Part shown: positions 40,622 through 50,850 of the stretch, piece by piece
Numbering within the stretch: position 1 is the stretch's first letter
How the letters are laid out: the number at the start of each line of letters is the position of its first letter
NCBI GenBank assembly: GCA_965248195.1
Contig: CBDFIQ010000001.1
Coordinates: 448,001 to 512,000 of the forward strand
Direction: 5' to 3'
Length of the DNA stretch: 64,000 nucleotides
Source of the DNA: Longimicrobiales bacterium
GTDB taxonomy: Bacteria > Gemmatimonadota > Gemmatimonadetes > Longimicrobiales > Gaopeijiaceae
Position numbers and translations under genes: made by a program
The notes under the pieces: model-generated
Database searches by the model: none
What the model was told of the DNA's origin: nothing
What the model saw: the letters and a program-made list of their open reading frames with translations, nothing else

Positions 40622-40682
40622 ACCTAACGGATCTGCGATTCTGCTGAACGGCTAATGTGGTGACCGCAAGCGCAGCGTCGAC
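40622..40682 (-). repeat. attC, R' half (truncated)
   Basis: ACCTAACGGATCTGCGATTCTGCTGAACGGCTAATGTGGTGACCGCAAGCG. Confidence 0.75.
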
Positions 40683-40716
40683 CGCCCGAGATCCTGAGGG
40701 ACTTCTCCGGTTACGA

Positions 40717-41007
40717 CTATTCGGACCTACCCCGCGTTGAGATGACCCAGGCCACCAAGCCGAGAACGAGAAGGAGAACGTTCACCAAGACGAAGGACGC
40801 GCCGACCTTTTCCAGATAGGTCGGGTCCGTCGAGAAGAAGTGCGCGGGGCTCCACGTCGATCCGGTCTTGGTCGGAGTGAGGGGCATGACGACCGCGATC
40901 CCCAGAGCGATTGATTGAGTCACCAAAACGCCTGCGAGCCAATCGGGGAGACGATTCTGCGGATCCTTGCTGGGAGGCCTGCTGCCTTCGCGACCGGAAC
41001 GTGTCAT
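40717..41007 (-). CDS. Small hypothetical membrane protein (cassette)
   Basis: Two hydrophobic helices; RBS GAAGGTGAG; lies between attCs. Confidence 0.6.
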   Translation of the reverse strand: MTRSGREGSRPPSKDPQNRLPDWLAGVLVTQSIALGIAVVMPLTPTKTGSTWSPAHFFSTDPTYLEKVGASFVLVNVLLLVLGLVAWVISTRGRSE

Positions 41008-41059
41008 CTCACCTTCACTCCAATGGAACTCGGCCGGGAGAACCAAGGAAAGACTCGCC

Positions 41060-41160
41060 GTCTAACGTCTCTGCGATTCTGCTGCGCGCCAAAGATGCCC
41101 TCCGCAAGCGAAGCGCACGAGCCTGATGCATACCGCGAATGCAGCAATCGCTTGTTAGGC
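41060..41160 (-). repeat. attC site, intact (101 bp)
   Basis: GTCTAAC..GTTAGGC; unoccupied exact match to the IS110 target. Confidence 0.9.
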
Positions 41161-41529
41161 GTCATCACGCCTCGGCGACCTTAGCGAGATGATCAGGGCG
41201 GCCACCGCGCACAGAAGCGCGGCCCCTGGGACCAGCAAGAGCGGACGGGGAGCGCCCAGGGAAGCGCCGCTGATCAGCTGGGCTCCTACCACGCCTATTG
41301 AGAGGACGCCAGCGGCCCACACTAGGGATGGGGACCTTCCGAGTCTCTTAACAAGGAGGACCAAGGTGATTCCAGCCACGATGAGATTGAGGCCGATCCA
41401 TCGGGCCCAGGTGGCAAGCACTGGATCAAACCGGGCCAGATCCATTCCCTGCAGCGTCTCCGCCACCCACGGGAAGTCCACGACCTGATCGATCGTTAGG
41501 TTGAACGTTCCGATGCCGATACACCACAC
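41155..41529 (-). CDS. Hypothetical membrane protein (cassette; start uncertain)
   Basis: Hydrophobic; stop falls inside R''; cassette ends are complementary over 14 bp (GTTAGGCGTCATCA). Confidence 0.6.
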   Translation of the reverse strand: MWCIGIGTFNLTIDQVVDFPWVAETLQGMDLARFDPVLATWARWIGLNLIVAGITLVLLVKRLGRSPSLVWAAGVLSIGVVGAQLISGASLGAPRPLLLVPGAALLCAVAALIISLRSPRRDDA

Positions 41530-42010
41530 CGCGACGATGTAGAGCAGAATGGTTGGAAGTCTGTTAATGCCGTGCCGCCTTTGATGACGCCTAACGTCTC
41601 TGCGATTCTGATCTTATAAGGCGAAAGGCTGACCTCACTCGAGCGTGGCGTTACGCTGATCTTGCTCAAAGGCCTGCGGCACCCAACCCAAGGAGGCCAG
41701 CCATGTTTGTCGCAGGAATCGATGCTCACGCAACGTATTCGGTGATCGCCATCGTGAGCAATACAGGTCAGCTCGTGGCCGGACCCATCCGGATCAAGAA
41801 CACACAAGAGGATCGACTCGATGATCTACTTCAGCAGTATCAGCCCCTGGAGGTGGTCGTCGAGACGAGTCCGGCCTGGCCGTGGCTCTTCGATCGACTC
41901 CAAGAGCGGGGGATCGACTTCGTGCTCGCTCACGCCAAGCGGCTCCGAGTCATTGCCGAGTCCAACTACAAGAGTGACGACATCGACGCCGAGTTGTTGG
42001 CGCGTATGCG

Positions 42011-43386
42011 GGTAGTGTCCCTAGATTTGTGTAAAAGCGGATAAGCTGGACAGGAGGGAAAGAAAAACGGAAGCTCCTCTGTTGTTGTTCACTGTCACAT
42101 GAACCCGGGAGTCCGGGTCTGCAGAGCAGGCTCGGAACCGGAGAGGAGCTTCCGATGCAAGAGATTGTGGAGATCGGTCGGGCCACGCAAGACGAGCTAC
42201 GCGATGATTTGCGCGAGCTGTTTCAAGGCGCGATCCGGCTGACGCTCGAGATGGTGCTGGAAGAGGAGCTGAAGGCCATGGTAGGTGCACGCCGCTTCGA
42301 GCGGGTGGGAAGCCGGAAGGACCATAGGAACGGCACATACCTGAGGCGGCTGCTGACGAGCCTGGGGCAGATCGAGGTCGCCATGCCCCGGAGCCGGGAC
42401 AACGGTTCGCCGGCCGACGTGATCGGCCGCTACCAGCGCAGGAGCCCCGAGCTCGACGAGATGATGGTCGAGGCGTATGTGAGCGGCGTGTCACAGCGCA
42501 AGATGGGCGACGTCACCGAGGCGCTGATGGGCGAGCGTGTTGGGCGCTCGACGGTGAGTCGTGTGGCAAAACGGCTCGACGAGGCCGTGGAAGGGCTGCG
42601 CCGTGCGCCGATCGAGGGGCCTCACCCCTATCTGTACCTGGACGCCACGTTCTTGGACGCCCGCTGGGCCCGCAAAGTCGAGAACGTGAGTGCGCTCGTG
42701 GCGTATGCAGTGGGCCCTGAGGGTCACCGACGGCTCCTGGCCGTCACGCTGGGCGCTGAGGAGTCGCAGCAGAGCTGGTCGGAGCTCCTCGAGCAACTCC
42801 AGGACCGCGGCCTCGGCGGTGTCGAGCTCGTGATCGCCGATGAGCACGCAGGCCTGGCAGCTGCGGTCCGCCGCTTCCTGCCCGAGGCACGCCGTCAGAG
42901 GTGTACGGTCCATCTGCAGCGTAATGTGGGGGCGAGGGTCCCCCACCGCCTACGCAAGCGCGTGGCGCGTGAGGTCTCGGTGATCTTCCAGACATCCGGA
43001 CTCGCCGAGGCGAAGAAGCTCCTGGGCGAGTTCGGCGCACGCTGGAAGAAGGAGCTGCCCGAGGCCGTGGAGGTCCTGGAGCGGGGCTTCGGGGCAGCGA
43101 CGCAGTTCTACGCGTTCCCCGAGGCGCACTGGCCCCGGCTGCGTACCACCAACAGCCTCGAGCGGCTGCACGGCGAGATCAAACGCAGGATCAAGGCCGC
43201 CGGCGCCTTCCCGGACCGGGCCAGCGCCCTCAGGCTCATCACGGCCGTCGCACTCAGGACCACACACGTCTGGGGCGACCGGCGTTACCTCGACCTCTCA
43301 CTCCTCCAGAAACAGGAGGTCGCCCAAGCAGCCTAGCCGAAGGCGAGGAGCTTCCTCCGCTTTTACACACAAATCGGGACTTGACC
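42011..43386 (+). mobile_element. IS256-family IS, copy 5
   Basis: 1376 bp; TSD CGTATGCG. Confidence 0.95.
42155..43336 (+). CDS. IS256-family transposase
   Basis: Identical protein. Confidence 0.95.
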   Translation: MQEIVEIGRATQDELRDDLRELFQGAIRLTLEMVLEEELKAMVGARRFERVGSRKDHRNGTYLRRLLTSLGQIEVAMPRSRDNGSPADVIGRYQRRSPELDEMMVEAYVSGVSQRKMGDVTEALMGERVGRSTVSRVAKRLDEAVEGLRRAPIEGPHPYLYLDATFLDARWARKVENVSALVAYAVGPEGHRRLLAVTLGAEESQQSWSELLEQLQDRGLGGVELVIADEHAGLAAAVRRFLPEARRQRCTVHLQRNVGARVPHRLRKRVAREVSVIFQTSGLAEAKKLLGEFGARWKKELPEAVEVLERGFGAATQFYAFPEAHWPRLRTTNSLERLHGEIKRRIKAAGAFPDRASALRLITAVALRTTHVWGDRRYLDLSLLQKQEVAQAA

Positions 43387-45076
43387 CGTATGCGACTCGC
43401 GGGCCTCATCCCCGAGGTCCATCCGAAGTGCGTCGAGCAGCGGGAGCAGGCGGTACTGCTACGCAACCGGGCACGACTCGTACGCGAACGCACACGCATG
43501 GTGAACCGCATCCATGCCCAGATCCACAACGTCGGGCTTCATCTGGAGCGTGGGCGTCTGCTCACCCAGGATGGACGCCAGTGGGTGCATGACGTGGCGT
43601 GGCCGCTGCTCGGAGCCGAGCGGCGTCTGTTCATCGACATGCAGTGGGAACTCATCGACCAGATCGTGCCGATGATCAAAACGCTTGATCGCAGGGTTGA
43701 GCACGTAGGCCGCAAGGTCCCCGCTGTAGCTCTGCTCGAGACCATCCCGGGCGTCGGTTCCTATCGGGCATTGCTCATCGCCACCGAGACGTTGCCCATC
43801 AAACGATTTCGTACACCGGGGCACCTGGTCAGCTACGCCGGTCTAGCCCCTCGCTCCTCACAGTCAGGGCTCCGGCCCATCCGCCACGGATCGATCCCCG
43901 CCGGGGCCAACCGTTGGCTGAGGGGCACCTTCGTCCGGACCGTCGTGAGCCACGTCACTCACGCGCCCGACAGCTGGCTATCACAGTCGTACGAACTGAT
44001 CAGGCAACGGCTCGGGTGGCAGGTCGCTCGGGTCGCTACCGCTCGGCGCCTCGCTCGTGCTGTGCACGCGATGCTCCGTACGGGTGAGGTCTGGCACGAT
44101 GAACCCGTGGCTCGATCAAACTGAGATGACACACGATGATGGACCGTACCACGACAGGGGTGAGCTCCGCGCGCAGCATGTCGCACGACGACCCTCAGAT
44201 TCTGATTGAGCCCCCCGCTCGCATAGCAGATCTTCGGACATCCCCGCGCTGGGATGAAACCTGAATAGATGCCTGAGTTCCTCGTGAGAGGAGACTCACC
44301 CAAGATCGGACGCGACGTTGGTACTGAAGGATGAAAAACGGAAGATGATCACGCAGGCCTTGAGCTACAGACCAGTGGACCGAGCCACCCCTCCGGGACC
44401 CCGGACGGGTAAGGGAGGGCTACGCCCTGTTGACTCCCTTCACCTTATAGATGCTGCGCGGCTAATGTGGTGACCGCGGGCGAAGCGCGCGAGCGTGATA
44501 CCTACCGCGACAGTAGCGATCGCTTGTTAGACAGCGCTGAACCCGAGGTCGGCACTTGGATAGTTACCGCCGACCTCGCCTCCGTGGGCGGCCAGGACCT
44601 CTAGGACGAAATCAGTCTTGCCGTTCAGGTACGCAAGCCGGACGGTTCCGACTTCCTCCGCAAGGCGTTGCTTCAGTACCGCGTACTGACGGGCTATCTC
44701 CGAGTCCCCTCGGAGGGCATCGCGGAAGATCAACGTGTTGCGGGAGTAGCGAGAACTGGGTTCAGCCAACGAAACGTGGTGCTTTCGGAGGCCGTCGAGC
44801 GTGCGGGGGAAATAGTGTCGGTCCGGCAGGTCATCCTTCGCGCGATACTCGAAGCCCAGCGACTCTAGGGTCGGGACCACGGCCAGGGCCTCCACGAGAT
44901 CTGGAACCCCCACGAGAATGTCGACGATGGGCTTGGCCTCTAGTCCTGGAACCGACGTACTGCCCACGTGATCCACAGAGATGATCCACCGCGGGAGCCA
45001 GCGGATGAGTTCTCCACGAACCCGCTCGAACTCGAGCGGAACCTGTCAACGACAATGGGACACTCTACGGGATTAA

Positions 45077-46084
45077 TTAGAGAGCAATATCCTGTGTGGT
45101 GAGGGAAGGGATGGGAGGATTGATGTAGACGGCCTCCGGGAGCGGTTTGGGCTTCGGCACACCTGTGACGAAGCGTTCGGGATGAGCGGCCCATGCTTCG
45201 CGGAGCACGGATTTCCTGCCGGCAATGACCTGATCGGCGTTCCCGAAGTGGACCTGCTCGGGGGTTAGCATCGAGATACCGCCATGGCGGTGCTCGGCAT
45301 TGTACCAGCGGAAGAACGATCGACACAACGTCTTGGCCTGGCCCTGATCCCCGAACCGCCCGGGAAACGAGGGATGGTACTTCAAGGTTTTGAACTGAGC
45401 CTCGGAAAACGGGTTGTCATCCGACACCTGAGGCCGGCTCAACGAGCGAGTCACGCCGAGGTCAGCGAGAAGTTGAGCGGTGCATTGGCTCGTCATTGGA
45501 GCTCCCCGATCCGAGTGCAGGGTCAGGACCCGGGGCTGGACGCCATGCTTCAGGCAGCTCTGCTGGATCAACCGGCCGGCCAGGGCCGAGTTCTCCCGGT
45601 CCGCCACCATCCAGCCCACGACGTAGCGGCTGTAGATGTCCATGATGACGTAGAGGTAGTAATAGCTCCACTTCTTCGGCCCGAGTAGCCGCGTGATATC
45701 CCAGGACCACACCTGGTTCGGCGCCGTGGCCATCAACTCGGGCTTCTTGTACTCGGGATGGGTGCGCTGCGCCCGGCGTTCCTGAACCGGCACCTCGGAG
45801 GCCAGAACACGATACATCGTGCGTTCGCTGCACAGGTAGACCTCTTCGTCGAGCAGCGTGGCCACCACCTCGGCGGGTGAGCGGTCCACGAACCGCTCCG
45901 AACACAGCGTGTCGAAGACCTCGCCTCGTTCCGTCTCGCTCAATGCCCGGGCGGGCGTCGGGCGGGGCTGCCGTTGCCCGGTCGATGGGCCTCGACGACG
46001 GTAGAACGTCGATCGGGAGACCTCGAGAGCCGCGCACGCCGGTTTTACACCGACGTGCTTAGCCAGCTCATCGGCCGCCTTCAA
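45077..46084 (-). CDS. IS3-family OrfB
   Basis: Identical protein. Confidence 0.92.
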   Translation of the reverse strand: MKAADELAKHVGVKPACAALEVSRSTFYRRRGPSTGQRQPRPTPARALSETERGEVFDTLCSERFVDRSPAEVVATLLDEEVYLCSERTMYRVLASEVPVQERRAQRTHPEYKKPELMATAPNQVWSWDITRLLGPKKWSYYYLYVIMDIYSRYVVGWMVADRENSALAGRLIQQSCLKHGVQPRVLTLHSDRGAPMTSQCTAQLLADLGVTRSLSRPQVSDDNPFSEAQFKTLKYHPSFPGRFGDQGQAKTLCRSFFRWYNAEHRHGGISMLTPEQVHFGNADQVIAGRKSVLREAWAAHPERFVTGVPKPKPLPEAVYINPPIPSLTTQDIAL

Positions 46085-46530
46085 GAGTTCGTCCCGTCGT
46101 CGAGGCTTATCCCCAGCAGCCCCGCAACTTTTCCCTGCACGTCGATGATCAGGTGTGCCTTCCTGAGCTCATTCTCGAGCCGTGCGTTTTGCCGCTCCAG
46201 CTTGCGTACCTTCTCATCCAGCGGATTCCGCTCCGGCTTGCGGCCGCGTTTCTTCGACAGGGCCTTCAGCGACCCGCTATGCGCCGCCTTGCGCCACGTC
46301 GTCAGGTGCGACGAGTACAGGCCCTCGCGCCGCAGGAGCTGACCCACCTCGCCGGGCTCGGTGCACCGGTCCGCTTCTTCGACGATCCGCAGCTTGTACG
46401 ATGGACTGAACCGCCGGCGTAGCGGCCTATCTACTACCTCCGGGTCCGCAGGAGCTGCCGCGCTTCGCTTGGCCTCCCCGATTCCAGGGGCACTACCATT
46501 CTCTTCCATTCTCTCTCGCAGTCCCAACAT
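46081..46530 (-). CDS. IS3-family OrfA
   Basis: Identical protein. Confidence 0.9.
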   Translation of the reverse strand: MLGLRERMEENGSAPGIGEAKRSAAAPADPEVVDRPLRRRFSPSYKLRIVEEADRCTEPGEVGQLLRREGLYSSHLTTWRKAAHSGSLKALSKKRGRKPERNPLDEKVRKLERQNARLENELRKAHLIIDVQGKVAGLLGISLDDGTNS

Positions 46531-46815
46531 GTTCGTTTTCTCTGCCTTCGCCCTACTCTAATTCTTTGCGTGCTCCGTGTCTCACGTACGTTGGCAGAGA
46601 GGGAGCGGCCAAGCCTCATCGTACGGGCGCACGACAATCCCGGCGCCCTTCTCCATCCCGACGGAATCGGAAGACTGCATCAATGCCCCATACGTGGCGC
46701 GTTCTAACGTCTCTGCGATTCTGATCTTATAAGGCGAAAGGCTGACCTCACTCGAGCGTGGCGTTACGCTGATCTTGCTCAAAGGCCTGCGGCACCCAAC
46801 CCAAGGAGGCCAGCC

Positions 46816-47853
46816 ATGTTTGTCGCAGGAATCGATGCTCACGCAACGTATTCGGTGATCGCCATCGTGAGCAACACAGGTCAGCTCGTTGCCGGACCCA
46901 TCCGGATCAAGAACACGCAAGAGGATCGGCTCAATGATCTACTGGAGCAGTATCAGCCCCTGGAGGTGGTCGTCGAGACGAGTCCGGCCTGGCCGTGGCT
47001 CTTCGATCGACTCCAAGAGCGGGGGATCGACTTCGTGCTCGCTCACGCCAAGCGGCTCCGAGTCATCGCCGAGTCCAACTACAAGAGTGACGACATCGAC
47101 GCCGAGTTGTTGGCGCGTATGCGACTCGCGGGCCTCATCCCCGAGGTCCATCCGAAGTGCGTCGAGCAGCGGGAGCAGGCGGTACTGCTACGCAACCGGG
47201 CACGACTCGTACGCGAACGCACACGCATGGTGAACCGCATCCATGCCCAGATCCACAACGTCGGGCTTCATCTGGAGCGTGGGCGTCTGCTCACCCAGGA
47301 TGGACGCCAGTGGGTGCATGACGTGGCGTGGCCGCTGCTCGGAGCCGAGCGGCGTCTGTTCATCGACATGCAGTGGGAACTCATCGACCAGATCGTGCCG
47401 ATGATCAAAACGCTTGATCGCAGGGTTGAGCACGTAGGCCGCAAGGTCCCCGCTGTAGCTCTGCTCGAGACCATCCCGGGCGTCGGTTCCTATCGGGCAT
47501 TGCTCATCGCCACCGAGACGTTGCCCATCAAACGATTTCGTACACCGGGGCACCTGGTCAGCTACGCCGGTCTAGCCCCTCGCTCCTCACAGTCAGGGCT
47601 CCGGCCCATCCGCCACGGATCGATCCCCGCCGGGGCCAACCGTTGGCTGAGGGGCACCTTCGTCCGGACCGTCGTGAGCCACGTCACTCACGCGCCCGAC
47701 AGCTGGCTATCACAGTCGTACGAACTGATCAGGCAACGGCTCGGGTGGCAGGTCGCTCGGGTCGCTACCGCTCGGCGCCTCGCTCGTGCTGTGCACGCGA
47801 TGCTCCGTACGGGTGAGGTCTGGCACGATGAACCCGTGGCTCGATCAAACTGA
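46816..47853 (+). CDS. IS110-family recombinase
   Basis: Identical 345 aa. Confidence 0.95.
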   Translation: MFVAGIDAHATYSVIAIVSNTGQLVAGPIRIKNTQEDRLNDLLEQYQPLEVVVETSPAWPWLFDRLQERGIDFVLAHAKRLRVIAESNYKSDDIDAELLARMRLAGLIPEVHPKCVEQREQAVLLRNRARLVRERTRMVNRIHAQIHNVGLHLERGRLLTQDGRQWVHDVAWPLLGAERRLFIDMQWELIDQIVPMIKTLDRRVEHVGRKVPAVALLETIPGVGSYRALLIATETLPIKRFRTPGHLVSYAGLAPRSSQSGLRPIRHGSIPAGANRWLRGTFVRTVVSHVTHAPDSWLSQSYELIRQRLGWQVARVATARRLARAVHAMLRTGEVWHDEPVARSN

Positions 47854-48156
47854 GATGACACACGATGATGGACCGTACCACGACAGGGGTGAGCTCCGCG
47901 CGCAGCATGTCGCACGACGACCCTCAGATTCTGATTGAGCCCCCCGCTCGCATAGCAGATCTTCGGACATCCCCGCGCTGGGATGAAACCTGAATAGATG
48001 CCTGAGTTCCTCGTGAGAGGAGACTCACCCAAGATCGGACGCGACGTTGGTACTGAAGGATGAAAAACGGAAGATGATCACGCAGGCCTTGAGCTACAGA
48101 CCAGTGGACCGAGCCACCCCTCCGGGACCCCGGACGGGTAAGGGAGGGCTACGCCC
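47854..48156 (+). ncRNA. Putative bridge/seekRNA region, copy 3
   Basis: Matches the copy 1 non-coding region. Confidence 0.7.
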
Positions 48157-48324
48157 TGTTGACTCCCTTCACCTTATAGATGCTGCGCGGCTAAGATGCC
48201 CTCCGCAAGCGGAGCGCGCGAGCCTGATGCTTACCGCGACCGCAGCAATCGCTTGTTAGAACGTGCCTAGCAACCTTTGTACTACAGATGCACTCTTCTC
48301 AACAAAACACCCGGGAATCATCAC

Positions 48325-49017
48325 ATGCAGCCAATCGGTCCCGTTGAGCCCGATCTCGTGACCATTCCCGCCGGAGACTTTCTCATGGGAAGCGAAACCG
48401 GCGCCGGTAATGAAAAGCCAGTGCACCGCGTATGGGTGGATGCCTTTGCGATCGCCAGATATCCCGTGACGCGTCGAGACTATGCGGCCTTTCTCGAAGC
48501 CACCGGGCATCCGCCAACAAAGTTCTGGGGTGATCCCAGATTTCAGCTCCCGAATCAGCCTGTTGTGAGTCCGAGTTGGTTCGACGCTGTTGCCTACTGC
48601 GATTGGTTGTCCGGGCAGACCCGCAAACACTACCGTTTGCCCACAGAAGCCGAGAGGGAAAAAGCAGCTCGCGGCGGGCTGGAAGGGTGCGACTATCCCT
48701 GGGGCAACGAGCCACCGGAAGACTTGCGCGGAGTGAACCCGCCTCTAGAAGAAGTGGGGACAGAGGGTCCCAACGGCTACGGACTTTACAATATGTCCGT
48801 CGGCGTGCACGAGTGGTGCTCGGATCGCTATAGCCCGAACTATTATGAGGCGTCTCCAAACCGAAACCCCGAAGGACCCTCCGGCGGCGACCGTCGTGCA
48901 GCACGCGGAGGGGCCTGGCGGCATGCCGTCCGGTACTCCCGCTGCTCGGCGCGAAGCAGCATCGGCCCAGAGAAGACGTTCAACGATTTCGGCTTTCGTT
49001 GTGCCCTGACGCTTTGA
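48325..49017 (+). CDS. Formylglycine-generating enzyme (SUMF1) family protein
   Basis: IPAGDFLMGS, RLPTEAEREKAARGG, NGYGLYNM, GFRC. Confidence 0.9.
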   Translation: MQPIGPVEPDLVTIPAGDFLMGSETGAGNEKPVHRVWVDAFAIARYPVTRRDYAAFLEATGHPPTKFWGDPRFQLPNQPVVSPSWFDAVAYCDWLSGQTRKHYRLPTEAEREKAARGGLEGCDYPWGNEPPEDLRGVNPPLEEVGTEGPNGYGLYNMSVGVHEWCSDRYSPNYYEASPNRNPEGPSGGDRRAARGGAWRHAVRYSRCSARSSIGPEKTFNDFGFRCALTL

Positions 49018-49367
49018 CTGCGGACGAGACGGCTACTCGATTAGGCGAGGTCTCATCCCCCTTAATGACACCTCGAAACGCAACCAGATTGGCGAAGAAA
49101 TCCCGGCTCAGCCCCGTTAAGGCGGCCTGTTCCTCGATTCGGTGGTGGCGCTCCTCCCAGCATGCCTGGATCCCAAAGCCCGATCGCTACTCCCTCGACC
49201 GTGATCCGGAGCCTCGGAATGTCAGGTGCCCGTTACCTGGCTGCCGGGGCGTGGCCTAACGGATTTGCGATTCTGATCTTATAAGGCGAAAGGCTGACCT
49301 CACTCGAGCGTGGCGTTACGCTGATCTTGCTCAAAGGCCTGCGGCACCCAACCCAAGGAGGCCAGCC

Positions 49368-50405
49368 ATGTTTGTCGCAGGAATCGATGCTCACGCAACG
49401 TATTCGGTGATCGCCATCGTGAGCAACACAGGTCAGCTCGTTGCCGGACCCATCCGGATCAAGAATACGCAAGAGGATCGGCTCAATGATCTACTGGAGC
49501 AGTATCAGCCCCTGGAGGTGGTCGTCGAGACGAGTCCGGCCTGGCCGTGGCTCTTCGATCGACTCCAAGAGCGGGGGATCGACTTCGTGCTCGCTCACGC
49601 CAAGCGGCTCCGAGTCATCGCCGAGTCCAACTACAAGAGTGACGACATCGACGCCGAGTTGTTGGCGCGTATGCGACTCGCGGGCCTCATCCCCGAGGTC
49701 CATCCGAAGTGCGTCGAGCAGCGGGAGCAGGCGGTACTGCTACGCAACCGGGCACGACTCGTACGCGAACGCACACGCATGGTGAACCGCATCCATGCCC
49801 AGATCCACAACGTCGGGCTTCATCTGGAGCGTGGGCGTCTGCTCACCCAGGATGGACGCCAGTGGGTGCATGACGTGGCGTGGCCGCTGCTCGGAGCCGA
49901 GCGGCGTCTGTTCATCGACATGCAGTGGGAACTCATCGACCAGATCGTGCCGATGATCAAAACGCTTGATCGCAGGGTTGAGCACGTAGGCCGCAAGGTC
50001 CCCGCTGTAGCTCTGCTCGAGACCATCCCGGGCGTCGGTTCCTATCGGGCATTGCTCATCGCCACCGAGACGTTGCCCATCAAACGATTTCGTACACCGG
50101 GGCACCTGGTCAGCTACGCCGGTCTAGCCCCTCGCTCCTCACAGTCAGGGCTCCGGCCCATCCGCCACGGATCGATCCCCGCCGGGGCCAACCGTTGGCT
50201 GAGGGGCACCTTCGTCCGGACCGTCGTGAGCCACGTCACTCACGCGCCCGACAGCTGGCTATCACAGTCGTACGAACTGATCAGGCAACGGCTCGGGTGG
50301 CAGGTCGCTCGGGTCGCTACCGCTCGGCGCCTCGCTCGTGCTGTGCACGCGATGCTCCGTACGGGTGAGGTCTGGCACGATGAACCCGTGGCTCGATCAA
50401 ACTGA
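49368..50405 (+). CDS. IS110-family recombinase
   Basis: Identical 345 aa. Confidence 0.95.
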   Translation: MFVAGIDAHATYSVIAIVSNTGQLVAGPIRIKNTQEDRLNDLLEQYQPLEVVVETSPAWPWLFDRLQERGIDFVLAHAKRLRVIAESNYKSDDIDAELLARMRLAGLIPEVHPKCVEQREQAVLLRNRARLVRERTRMVNRIHAQIHNVGLHLERGRLLTQDGRQWVHDVAWPLLGAERRLFIDMQWELIDQIVPMIKTLDRRVEHVGRKVPAVALLETIPGVGSYRALLIATETLPIKRFRTPGHLVSYAGLAPRSSQSGLRPIRHGSIPAGANRWLRGTFVRTVVSHVTHAPDSWLSQSYELIRQRLGWQVARVATARRLARAVHAMLRTGEVWHDEPVARSN

Positions 50406-50708
50406 GATGACACACGATGATGGACCGTACCACGACAGGGGTGAGCTCCGTGCGCAGCATGTCGCACGACGACCCTCAGATTCTGATTGAGCCCCCCGCT
50501 CGCATAGCAGATCTTCGGACATCCCCGCGCTGGGATGAAACCTGAATAGATGCCTGAGTTCCTCGTGAGAGGAGACTCACCCAAGATCGGACGCGACGTT
50601 GGTACTGAAGGATGAAAAACGGAAGATGATCACGCAGGCCTTGAGCTACAGACCAGTGGACCGAGCCACCCCTCCGGGACCCCGGACGGGTAAGGGAGGG
50701 CTACGCCC
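50406..50708 (+). ncRNA. Putative bridge/seekRNA region, copy 4
   Basis: As copy 1, with C>T at 50451. Confidence 0.7.
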
Positions 50709-50850
50709 TGTTGACTCCCTTCACCTTATAGATGCTGCGCGGCTAATGTGGTGACCGCAAGCGAAGCGCGCGAGCCTGATGCCAACCGCGACTGCAGCAA
50801 TCGCTTGTTAGGCAGCTGGCGGTGATCGGCCAACTCGCAACGCTCGGGAC

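Larger units (their letters stand above)
41703..44124 (+). pseudogene. IS110 transposase interrupted by IS256
   Basis: Split at ..LLARMR| with TSD CGTATGCG. Confidence 0.92.
41611..44451 (+). mobile_element. IS110-family copy 2, transposase disrupted by IS256 copy 5
   Basis: Same ends as copy 1; several SNPs in the 5' part. Confidence 0.93.
41589..44532 (-). repeat. attC site interrupted by IS110 copy 2
   Basis: GCCTAAC..GATTC|TG|CTGCGCG..GTTAGAC. Confidence 0.85.
45037..46603 (-). mobile_element. IS3-family IS, copy C
   Basis: 1567 bp; same ends as copy A. Confidence 0.93.
44527..46680 (-). pseudogene. GrpB (UPF0157) family cassette gene interrupted by IS3 copy C
   Basis: IVVRPYDEAWPL joins EFERVRGEL..DHVGSTSVPGLEAKPIVDI..YLNGKTDF in frame. 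Confidence 0.88.
46724..48180 (+). mobile_element. IS110-family copy 3 (intact)
   Basis: 1457 bp; same ends. Confidence 0.95.
46702..48261 (-). repeat. attC site interrupted by IS110 copy 3
   Basis: TTCTAAC..GATTC|TG|CTGCGCG..GTTAGAA. Confidence 0.85.
49276..50732 (+). mobile_element. IS110-family copy 4 (intact)
   Basis: 1457 bp; same ends. Confidence 0.95.
49254..50813 (-). repeat. attC site interrupted by IS110 copy 4
   Basis: GCCTAAC..GATTC|TG|CTGCGCG..GTTAGGC. Confidence 0.85.

Noticed and set aside
39178..41160. Spaced repeats as a CRISPR array
   Set aside because: The repeats are ~100-bp imperfect palindromes separated by whole genes, with AAC/GTT boxes, and no cas genes are present. 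They are attC sites.
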